The notes beneath the pieces are model-generated. The model searched no databases and was not told where the DNA came from. It saw only the letters and a program-made list of their open reading frames with translations. A stretch of 64,000 nt of DNA from a virus, in the IMG/VR virus record IMGVR_UViG_3300050015_000276, positions 96,001 through 160,000 of that record; one strand, 5' to 3'. This document shows positions 8,439 through 16,968 of the stretch, in pieces. The translations under genes and the position numbers were made by a program. How positions within the stretch are numbered: position 1 is the first letter of the stretch; every line of letters begins with the position of its first letter.

Positions 8439-9489
8439 AATAGCAATTTTGACAGACCAACATTTTGGAGCCAGATCTGATAGTTTAGTTTTCTTAGATT
8501 ATTTTGAAAGATTTTACCAAGATATATTTTTTCCTTTTCTAAAGAAAAATAAAATTACTGAAATAATTTCTTTAGGTGATATGTTTGAGAGAAGGAAATT
8601 TTGTAATTTCTTAACATTAAAGAGAACACGCAAAATGTGGCTTGAACCATTATTAGAAAATAATTTTAAAGTTCACTGTTTATTAGGAAACCATGATGTT
8701 TATTATAAAAATACTAATGATGTTAATTCAATAAAAGAAATTCTTGGAAATTATTCAAATTTTATAATTTATAATGAAACTGAAGAAATAATGATCGATG
8801 ATACCAAGGTACTATTAGTTCCTTGGATTAACGATGAAAATCGAGAAACTTCTTTAAAAATCATTAATGAAACTGATGCCAAATATTGTTTTGGACATTT
8901 AGAACTTAACGGATTTTTAATGAATCGAGGTCAAAAATCAGAAGTTGGATTTGATGCTGAGCCTTTCAAAAAATTTGAAATGGTTGCAACGGGACATTAC
9001 CATCACAAATCGGATAAAGAAAACATTCATTATCTAGGATCCCCATATGAGATGACCTTTGCAGATATTAATGATCCTCGGGGTTTTCATATCTGGAATA
9101 CCAATACAAAAGAATTGGATTTTCATAAAAATCCCTATAAGATGTTTTATAAGATTTTCTATGATGATAAGGATCAACCTCTTTCTTCGTTGTTAAAGAA
9201 AATAACCGACAGATATCAAGATACCTATGTCAAAGTGGTAGTACATAACCGAACCAATCCTGAATATTTTGACAAATTCATGGAACATTTGTTTTCTATG
9301 CAACCTGCCGATATTAAAATTGAAGAGGATATATCAATAGATGCACCAGATATAATTGTGGATATGGCTGAAGACACACTTACCATTTTAAATAAGTATG
9401 TTGATACTTTGGAAGTTGATATTGACAAAGATAAAATTAAAGAGGAATTACGTTTGCTTCATATGGAAGCCGTAAATATGGAAAGATAA
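8431..9489 (+). CDS. gp47: Recombination endonuclease subunit gp47 (Mre11/SbcD-like); start uncertain (8398 GTG or 8431 TTG)
   Basis: KIAILTDQHFGAR, GD.FERR, GNHD, GHLEL, GHYHH phosphoesterase motifs. Confidence 0.92.
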   Translation: MNKIAILTDQHFGARSDSLVFLDYFERFYQDIFFPFLKKNKITEIISLGDMFERRKFCNFLTLKRTRKMWLEPLLENNFKVHCLLGNHDVYYKNTNDVNSIKEILGNYSNFIIYNETEEIMIDDTKVLLVPWINDENRETSLKIINETDAKYCFGHLELNGFLMNRGQKSEVGFDAEPFKKFEMVATGHYHHKSDKENIHYLGSPYEMTFADINDPRGFHIWNTNTKELDFHKNPYKMFYKIFYDDKDQPLSSLLKKITDRYQDTYVKVVVHNRTNPEYFDKFMEHLFSMQPADIKIEEDISIDAPDIIVDMAEDTLTILNKYVDTLEVDIDKDKIKEELRLLHMEAVNMER

Positions 9490-9846
9490 ATGACAGTTCC
9501 TACTTTTACCGCATCAATTTTTATTGGTCTCAAACGTGGTTATACTGGTAAGGAGATGACAGTACAAGAAGTTGAAGACTTTTTGCAAGAAAAAGTAGAT
9601 AAAATTGGTTTGTGTGTTTCTATTACACCCACGCGATATGTCTATACTAATGGAAACGAAAATGGTTTAATAATTGGTCTGATAAATTATCCACGTTTTC
9701 CGTCTGATGAATATAAGATCCGTATGTGTGCTCTGGAATTAGCTGGCGATTTAATGTTGTTTTGTAAACAAATGCGTGTTTGTGTTGTATTTCCTGATAA
9801 AACTATTATGCTTTCTAATAGTGAAGAAATTGAAAAAGTAAAATGA
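9490..9846 (+). CDS. Hypothetical phage protein
   Basis: Coupled ORF between gp47 and gp46. Confidence 0.65.
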   Translation: MTVPTFTASIFIGLKRGYTGKEMTVQEVEDFLQEKVDKIGLCVSITPTRYVYTNGNENGLIIGLINYPRFPSDEYKIRMCALELAGDLMLFCKQMRVCVVFPDKTIMLSNSEEIEKVK

Positions 9847-10061
9847 CAATCTTTAAACGTATAAAGTGGAAGAATTTACTCGGAACTGGTGACCAATTTA
9901 CAGAAATTGACCTTAATAAATCACCAACTACTTTAATTTATGGAACCAACGGAACTGGAAAGTGCCTTGCAAATTCCACAATTGTTAGTATCTTTGAAAG
10001 TGAAGAAAATAAAGCATTTAAAGAATTTAGAAATTTTATTAAAAATAAGTCTCTTTCTTAA
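9843..10061 (+). CDS. gp46: gp46 N-extein (40 aa) fused to a short N-intein (32 aa, starts at Cys codon 9963)
   Basis: IFKRIKWKNLLGTG...TLIYGTNGTGK ends at the Walker A Lys, followed by intein block A CLANSTIVSI. Confidence 0.88.
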   Translation: MTIFKRIKWKNLLGTGDQFTEIDLNKSPTTLIYGTNGTGKCLANSTIVSIFESEENKAFKEFRNFIKNKSLS

Positions 10062-10072
10062 ACCGTTATAAG

Positions 10073-10080
10073 CATAAATA
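10073..10080 (+). promoter_or_regulatory. Late promoter motif for the endonuclease
   Basis: CATAAATA 5 nt upstream of the ATG. Confidence 0.55.
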
Positions 10081-10085
10081 TATGT

Positions 10086-11186
10086 ATGAATTTTAAAAGA
10101 AATCGTACATATGAAGAAAAATTAATTGATGCGTTGGACAATAATATTAAAAATATTGAACCTTCCAAAAGAGAAAATATTTTACAGGAAATGAAAACAA
10201 ATCTCGTAAGTGAAAATGTTATCAAAATACGAAAATATATTGTAGAAAAATATTTTGGAAGTCTACCTGAAAATGGAGCAAACACAGCGATTTATTGGAT
10301 TGCAAGAGGCTGGGAAGAATATACAGCAAAACGAAAATCTTCAGAATTTTTAGCCAAGAAAGGAAAGAGAAAATCACCTTTTCAAGTTTCGTTTTGGTTA
10401 GAAAAAGAAAATCCAAATACAGGTAAAAAGTTTACTGAACAGGAAGCAGAATATAAAGTAAGATCTCAAAGACCAATTAATTCAGAATATTGGATAGAAA
10501 AAGGATATTCTGAAGAGGAATCAATTAAATTAGCTTTAGATAAAAAAGATTCTAACAATAAAAGTGGTGCAAAAGCTAGTAGGAATAGATCTGGATTATC
10601 TATACGAAAAAGCAGTAAACGATGTGCTGAATATTGGATAGAACGAGGTAAGACAAAAGAAGAGGCTATTGAAGAAGTTAAAAAAAGTCAAAGTACTTTT
10701 TCTTTGGAAAAATGTATACTTAAGTTTGGTGAGGAAGAAGGAACTAAAAAGTGGCAAAAAAGACAAGACAAATGGATAAAAACTTTAAATTCTAAACCTC
10801 AAGAAGAAAAAGATAGAATTAATAGATCAAAAGTTGCTTTCGGTGGTATTTCAAAAGCCGAAAAATTTATAATGTCTAAAATAATTGATATTATTCCAGA
10901 ATTGCAAGTTCAATATAATATTGGAAATTATATTTGTGATTTTGTTTTGAACAAAAATGCTGTGGAATATTTTGGAGATTATTGGCATTGTAATCCTAAA
11001 AAATATAAACCAAAATTCATTAATAAAGTTAGTGGTTTGTCTGCTGAAGAAATTTGGGAAAAAGATAAGAAGCGAATAAAAGTTTATGAAGAAAATGGAT
11101 TCACAGTTAAAATTATTTGGGAAGATGACTTTAAAAAAAATCCTGAAAAAATTATATTGGATATTTTAAGTTTTTTGAAATCATAA
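10086..11186 (+). mobile_element. Free-standing Vsr/DUF559 (EDxHD-like) homing endonuclease between the split-intein halves
   Basis: C-terminal CDF.....AVEYFGDYWHCNP, KDKKR....E.GFTVKIIWE.D; N-terminal YW..KG.SEEE repeats. Confidence 0.8.
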
Positions 11187-11187
11187 A

Positions 11188-13143
11188 ATGATTTGTACAC
11201 TTCAAGATATTTATAACTTTTATAAAGAGTTTCCACAATATAGGGGACAACTTTCGGTTGAAACTCGTTTTGGATATTATCCAATTTTAGCTTGCGAATA
11301 TACGGCATACAATTCAGATGTTTATTTGGTAGAAATAGAAAATAATCATCTACTTTGTTCGCCAGAACATGAATTGTTTGTCAACGATTCATGGAAACAT
11401 GTTAGGGATATTCATTTAGGAGATAATATAAAAACTAAAGATGGTAATGAGAAAGTGAAAATATCCTTACTTCCGCAAAAAATGGATTTAATGGATTTAC
11501 AAGTTGCTGAAGTACATGAATTTTATGCCAATGATATTGTTTCTCATAATTCAACTTTATTGGATGCATTAACATTTGTATTGTTTGGAGTACCCTTTAG
11601 GAATGTTAATATTCCTATGTTAGTAAATGATACTAATGAAAGGGACATGGTTGTTGAGATTGAATTTAATTCTGGAAGAACAAACTATAAAGTCCGACGT
11701 GGATTAAAACCGCGAGTATTTGAAATTTATGCAAATAATGTGATGCTAGACCAGGAGTCTAAGGCAAAGGATTATCAGAAGTATCTTGAACAAAATATCC
11801 TTAAGTTAAATTTGAAATCATTCAAACAGGTTGTGGTACTTGGAAGTGCATCTTTTACACCATTTTTACAATTGTCTGCGGTTGAACGCCGAAATATTAT
11901 TGAAGATCTTTTAGATATTCAGATTTTTTCAGCCATGAATCTTGCACTTAAAGTAAAAGTGGCAGAAATGAAAGAGGAATACATTTCTCTTTCTAATTCT
12001 ATCGAATTACAAACGGAAAAGATTGCGCTTATAAATGCTTATCTTAATAAATTAAAATCGGATAATGTGAATGCTATATCTGATAAGCGTTTAATTATTA
12101 ATGATAATAATCAACAAATAGAAACAATTTCAGATCAGATCAGAGGTATTGAGGAAGAAATTTCAGAGTTATTTACAACAATCGATGATAAGGAAAAAGT
12201 TCAGGGTAGAATTCAAAAATTACAATCTGCGGAAGACAAATTAGAGACCAATAAAATTAAGGTTGTTAAAGAAAAAAAGTTTTATGAAGAAACAAGTAAT
12301 TGCCCAACATGTAAACAAGGTATTGATGATACATTTAAAAATGATATAATATCTCAAAAAACAGTTTTAATAAAAGATATTGAAAAGGCTTTGGTATCTT
12401 TAACAAAAGATCTGAATACTTCAGAGGCTAGGTTAGTTGAGATTTTGGAAATTACAAAAAATATTGAGAACAAAACAAATGAGATTAGACATTTGGAAAG
12501 TACTGTCCGCGCCATCGATTCCTTCATTAATAAAGTCGAAGTTGAGATTGAAGATCTCCAAAAGAATAATGGTAACACGAAAGAACAGGAAACTAAATTA
12601 CAAGATCTTGAAAGTGATATGATTTCTTTGGCATCGGAACGTGATATTTTGATTTCTAGAAAGCATTCATTGGATATTATTTCTGTGTTATTGAAAGATA
12701 CTGGAATTAAGACCAAGATTATTAGACAGTATCTTCCAATCATGAATAAATATGTCAATAGGTATTTGGCCGATATGGATTTCTTTGCCAACTTTGCACT
12801 GGATGAAAATTTTCGAGATACAATTCACATTCGTGGAAGTAAAGAAAGAACCTATTACCAATTAAGTGAAGGACAAAAATTAAGAATTGATTTGGCACTT
12901 TTATTTTGTTGGCGGGATATAGCTAAAATTAAAAATAGTGCAAGTACTAATCTTCTCATAATGGATGAGATATTTGAACGTAGTATGGATGCTACCGGTC
13001 TTGAGGATTTATTAAAAGTAATTCATAGTTTGAGTAGGGATATTAATATTTTTATTCTCAGTCCTCAGGGTGATTTGTTGATTGATAAGTTTATCAATAC
13101 TATTAAGTTTGTAGAAGATCATGGATTTTCCGTGATTGAATGA
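11188..13143 (+). CDS. gp46: C-intein (121 aa, 11188-11550) fused to the gp46 C-extein (Rad50/SbcC-like ATPase)
   Basis: Block B-like CSPEHELF, block F DLQV, block G IVSHN|STLLDAL; Zn-hook CPTCKQ; signature LSEGQK; Walker B LLIMDE. Confidence 0.9.
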   Translation: MICTLQDIYNFYKEFPQYRGQLSVETRFGYYPILACEYTAYNSDVYLVEIENNHLLCSPEHELFVNDSWKHVRDIHLGDNIKTKDGNEKVKISLLPQKMDLMDLQVAEVHEFYANDIVSHNSTLLDALTFVLFGVPFRNVNIPMLVNDTNERDMVVEIEFNSGRTNYKVRRGLKPRVFEIYANNVMLDQESKAKDYQKYLEQNILKLNLKSFKQVVVLGSASFTPFLQLSAVERRNIIEDLLDIQIFSAMNLALKVKVAEMKEEYISLSNSIELQTEKIALINAYLNKLKSDNVNAISDKRLIINDNNQQIETISDQIRGIEEEISELFTTIDDKEKVQGRIQKLQSAEDKLETNKIKVVKEKKFYEETSNCPTCKQGIDDTFKNDIISQKTVLIKDIEKALVSLTKDLNTSEARLVEILEITKNIENKTNEIRHLESTVRAIDSFINKVEVEIEDLQKNNGNTKEQETKLQDLESDMISLASERDILISRKHSLDIISVLLKDTGIKTKIIRQYLPIMNKYVNRYLADMDFFANFALDENFRDTIHIRGSKERTYYQLSEGQKLRIDLALLFCWRDIAKIKNSASTNLLIMDEIFERSMDATGLEDLLKVIHSLSRDINIFILSPQGDLLIDKFINTIKFVEDHGFSVIE

Positions 13144-13151
13144 TATTTAAC

Positions 13152-13180
13152 TTGTTCTCCTTAGAATTTTGTGTTATAAT
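13152..13180 (+). promoter_or_regulatory. sigma70-type promoter of the PLP-GNAT-ACP operon
   Basis: TTGTTC-17-TATAAT with TG extension. Confidence 0.6.
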
Positions 13181-13189
13181 AGTTAATGT

Positions 13190-14149
13190 ATGAATATTTC
13201 TTTGCCCAAATATACTCCAAATAATTATGAAAATTTAATGTCCTCGATAGATCCGATTGATGAATATTTGGGATTTTCACTGAAAATGGGAGATAATTTT
13301 CATCTTGGACCAATTGTTGGCTCGAAGGCGCGCCAATGTTTGCATGTTGTACATTCTAATTTGGAATATATCAAAAATAAATGTAACGGTGGTATTTTAA
13401 CTGCCGCAGGATTGCCATCTCCTCAAACAATGATTGTCTCGGCGGTTGCTAAATATTTTGGTTTAAAATGTGTTATTACGATTCCCAAATACGATAATAC
13501 TAAACGAGATTTTAATCGTATTAATGCTTCAATGGCGCAGAAATTTGGAGCGATTGTATACGGTGTGGGAAATCCAAATCCGGCTGGTCCAGAACATGAT
13601 GCAAAAGAATTATCAAAACAATTAGGATATTTTCAAGTTAAATTTGGTATGACAGGTGATGTTGCAATGCAGCCCGTATCTAATCAAGTTCAAAATATTC
13701 CAGAATATGTTAAAGATATTGTAATTATTAGTGGATCTGGTTTATCGGCATTGAGTGTCCTATTAGGTACAGCAATGTTCGATAATAATATTGAGACTCT
13801 CCATACTGTGTGTTTGAGCAATCATATATTAAAGAATAAAGAAAAGTGGTATGATTCTAATCCACTTTCATGTAAAGTAAAAACTAAGTTACATTTGATT
13901 CCTTCAGATATTAATTATCGAACAGAATATAAATGGAATAAATCTTTCGACTTTGATTTGATTTATGAGAGTAAAGCATTTTTGTGGATGGTTGAGAATT
14001 TTAAGCCTTCGAAGGAAGTTTTGTTTTGGGTTGTTGGAAAAAGATTATATGATTTGACTTTGATTGAGGATATAAACTGGCATATGTCCAATCATGAAAA
14101 AGAGTTAAGAGAAGAACCGACAGATTTTATGGAACAATTTTTCGTATGA
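13190..14149 (+). CDS. PLP-dependent enzyme, fold type II (ACC deaminase/D-cysteine desulfhydrase-like)
   Basis: GSKARQ (Schiff-base Lys), SPQ..IVSAVA..FGLKC, GSGLSA, D.IYE.KA, LFW..G. Confidence 0.7.
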   Translation: MNISLPKYTPNNYENLMSSIDPIDEYLGFSLKMGDNFHLGPIVGSKARQCLHVVHSNLEYIKNKCNGGILTAAGLPSPQTMIVSAVAKYFGLKCVITIPKYDNTKRDFNRINASMAQKFGAIVYGVGNPNPAGPEHDAKELSKQLGYFQVKFGMTGDVAMQPVSNQVQNIPEYVKDIVIISGSGLSALSVLLGTAMFDNNIETLHTVCLSNHILKNKEKWYDSNPLSCKVKTKLHLIPSDINYRTEYKWNKSFDFDLIYESKAFLWMVENFKPSKEVLFWVVGKRLYDLTLIEDINWHMSNHEKELREEPTDFMEQFFV

Positions 14150-14628
14150 GTTTACTAAGACTAGCAAAAATAGAGGAAGTTCCACAAATACATAAAGAGT
14201 TTCAAAAGTTTGAAAAGAAACAAAAGTTGGAGGGTAAACCTCCAGTATTTGCTTTTATTAGACAAGATTATTTAAAGCGGTGTGTTGCTGATGCAACATT
14301 GTATTTTGATGATGGAATTATTGCCGTATTGAAACAATATAAAGTGAGAACGAAATACGGTAATGAAAAAGGTGAGTGGGGTTTATTGGAACTTTTAAAT
14401 ACTAATTTATCGAATAATTTTACTATATTGAAATTCATGCATAAGTTATTAGATGAAAAGGTTAAAAATAGTAAACTTTATGCTACTATTAGAGATGATA
14501 ATGTAGCGTCAATAAAATTTCATACGGCGTTTGGATATAAACGTACAAAAGATATTATGTGGTCTAATGGTACGTTACCTGGTGGAGTTTATGTTTTTAA
14601 CAATATGAAAGATAAGGATTGGTTTTAA
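14146..14628 (+). CDS. GNAT-family acyltransferase
   Basis: ATIR.DN.ASIKFH..FGY motif B. Confidence 0.7.
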   Translation: MSLLRLAKIEEVPQIHKEFQKFEKKQKLEGKPPVFAFIRQDYLKRCVADATLYFDDGIIAVLKQYKVRTKYGNEKGEWGLLELLNTNLSNNFTILKFMHKLLDEKVKNSKLYATIRDDNVASIKFHTAFGYKRTKDIMWSNGTLPGGVYVFNNMKDKDWF

Positions 14629-14631
14629 ATA

Positions 14632-14934
14632 ATGGAAAAAACCTGTGTAGAAACACTTTGTGATATTTATTCGCGGTTTATACCTACCGGACAAGTATAC
14701 GTTGCAACTGCTAACACTAAGATTTTTGGATGTGATACTGTTTTGGATTCTTTTGGATTAGTTTCTTTCCTGGTAGATGTCGAACAGCATTTTAATGATT
14801 TGTATGATGCCAATATTGTTGTGACAGATAGTAAAGCTATGTCACAAAAACATAGTCCTTTCCGTACAATTGATACGTTATCCAAATATATAATTAAATT
14901 GTTGTCAGAAAAAGGTATCGCCAATGTTGTCTGA
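14632..14934 (+). CDS. Acyl carrier protein
   Basis: LDSFGLV phosphopantetheine-attachment Ser; SQKHSPFRTIDTLSKYI terminal helix typical of glycan-locus ACPs. Confidence 0.75.
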   Translation: MEKTCVETLCDIYSRFIPTGQVYVATANTKIFGCDTVLDSFGLVSFLVDVEQHFNDLYDANIVVTDSKAMSQKHSPFRTIDTLSKYIIKLLSEKGIANVV

Positions 14935-15628
14935 TTTACCGATTGCTCTTGTTACTGGTAGCAGAACTGGTTTGGGAGAATTCATTGCTAAAGGTCTTGT
15001 TTCCAAAGGTTTTTATGTTGTTGGATGCAGTCGCAATCAACCAAATTGGTCATTGAAAGGATACGAACATATTATTGCTGATGTGAGTGATGAAAATTCT
15101 GTATTAGATTTGATGAAGTATATTAGAGTTGAGTATGGACGTTTGGATGCCACTATTAATAATGCTGGAATAGCTTCCATGAACCATTCATTATTAACAC
15201 CTACGAAAACAGTGGAACATCTTCTTGGTGTAAATGTTTGTGGTACATTTACAGTATGCCGAGAAAGTGCAAAAATTATGCAAAAACAGAAATATGGACG
15301 TATTGTTAATTTTACTACCGTTGCGGTTCCTATGCATATTGAAGGTGAAGCTTTATATGCTGCCAGTAAAAGTGCTGTAGAAACTCTTACTAAAGTATTG
15401 GCATTTGAATTGGGTAGTTATGGTATTACTATTAACGCTGTAGGTCCTACTCCTATTGATACTAATTTAATACTTAATGTTCCTGAATATCGAACAAATC
15501 AGGTTATTCAGAAATTGGCAATTAAACGGATGGGTACGCGCGAGGACGTTTTTAATGTTATTGAGTTTTTTATACGTCCAGAAAGTAGTGCCATTACAGG
15601 GCAAGTTATATATTTGGGTGGGGTATAA
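14924..15628 (+). CDS. SDR oxidoreductase (FabG-like 3-oxoacyl-ACP reductase)
   Basis: TGSRTGLG, NNAG, YAASK catalytic motif. Confidence 0.88.
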   Translation: MLSDLPIALVTGSRTGLGEFIAKGLVSKGFYVVGCSRNQPNWSLKGYEHIIADVSDENSVLDLMKYIRVEYGRLDATINNAGIASMNHSLLTPTKTVEHLLGVNVCGTFTVCRESAKIMQKQKYGRIVNFTTVAVPMHIEGEALYAASKSAVETLTKVLAFELGSYGITINAVGPTPIDTNLILNVPEYRTNQVIQKLAIKRMGTREDVFNVIEFFIRPESSAITGQVIYLGGV

Positions 15629-16968
15629 TGAATCATCTTGATTGGTTGTTTGATATATTTAAACAAAATGCTGGCCGGACTTTCATGGTTTGGGGTGGCC
15701 TTCCTATTACATATTCAAATTTAATACGTTATATACAATATTATAAAGAGAAATTTATTGAATCTGGAATTAAAGGTGGAAAAGTAATAGCTTTACATGG
15801 GGATTATTCACCTAATAATGTGGCCGCTTTGTTAGCTTTGGTTGATGATGGAAATATTGTAGTTCCTTTAGCATCAATTAAAGAAGAATTTATAGATATT
15901 GCTGAAGTTCAGGCTATTTGTTCTTTTGATGAATATGGAAAAATACAACTTAAGTGGTTTCCTAGAGAAGTACATCACCAACTTAATTTGGATATAATTG
16001 CTAGTGGTAATCCGGGTTTGATTTTGTTTAGTTCAGGATCTACTGGAAAATGTAAAGCGTCAATGCATGATTTTTTGCAAGTATTGAATAAATTTAAAAT
16101 TCCTAGACGACAATTGGTAACATTACCTTTTCTTAAATTTGACCATATGGGAGGAATCAATACACTTTTTGGTGTATTATCAAATGCTGGTACTCTAGTT
16201 CTTAGTTCTAATCGAGATCCAGAATTTGTGTGTTCGGCTATTGAAAAGTATAGAGTTGAATTGTTGCCAACTTCACCTACTTTCCTTAATCTTTTGTTGG
16301 TTTCCGAGGCATATCAGAAATATGATTTATCTTCTCTCAAATTTATTAGTTATGGATCTGAAATGATGCCTCAGGTGACCTTATTACGTATTGCAGAACT
16401 TTTTCCCAATGTTAAGTTATTACAAACTTATGGACTTTCTGAGGTTGGTGTTTTAAGATCAAAGAGTGAGAGTTCCAATTCTTTGTGGCTCAAAGTTGGT
16501 GGTGAAGATTTTCAAACTAAAGTTGAGGATGGAATATTATTCATTAAGGCAAATTCTGCGATGAAAGGATATTTTAATGCTCCTTCTCCTTTTGTTGATG
16601 GTTGGATGAATACTGGCGACCGAGTAGAAGTGAAGGGAGAATATATACGTTTTCTTGGTCGTGATTCAGAAATCATTAATGTTGGTGGACAAAAAGTTTA
16701 TCCGGCAGAAGTTGAAAATGTTTTACTGTCTATGAGTAATGTTTGTGATGTTACCGTTTCGGCTGAATCTAATTTTTTAATGGGTTATATAGTAGTAGCT
16801 CGATTTAATCTAATTGATAATGAAGATTTCTTATCATTTAAATCCAGAGTGAGAGAATATTGTAAGTCGCGTCTTGAGTCATTTAAAATACCAACTCGAA
16901 TAGAGATAGTAGAAAAAGAACTATTTAATAGTCGTTTTAAGAAAATAAGGTTTCAGGAGCAAATGTGA
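15628..16968 (+). CDS. AMP-forming acyl-CoA/acyl-ACP ligase (ANL superfamily)
   Basis: FSSGSTGKCK, QTYGLSE, TGD, GR.SEIINVGGQKVYPAEVE, C-terminal K. Confidence 0.88.
   Translation: MNHLDWLFDIFKQNAGRTFMVWGGLPITYSNLIRYIQYYKEKFIESGIKGGKVIALHGDYSPNNVAALLALVDDGNIVVPLASIKEEFIDIAEVQAICSFDEYGKIQLKWFPREVHHQLNLDIIASGNPGLILFSSGSTGKCKASMHDFLQVLNKFKIPRRQLVTLPFLKFDHMGGINTLFGVLSNAGTLVLSSNRDPEFVCSAIEKYRVELLPTSPTFLNLLLVSEAYQKYDLSSLKFISYGSEMMPQVTLLRIAELFPNVKLLQTYGLSEVGVLRSKSESSNSLWLKVGGEDFQTKVEDGILFIKANSAMKGYFNAPSPFVDGWMNTGDRVEVKGEYIRFLGRDSEIINVGGQKVYPAEVENVLLSMSNVCDVTVSAESNFLMGYIVVARFNLIDNEDFLSFKSRVREYCKSRLESFKIPTRIEIVEKELFNSRFKKIRFQEQM

Noticed and set aside
9843-13143. A single contiguous intein with embedded endonuclease broken by sequencing errors
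   Set aside because: It needs an in-frame TAA substitution plus a separate insertion-type frameshift. The endonuclease has its own late-promoter motif and ATG, and IntC starts 1 nt after its stop.
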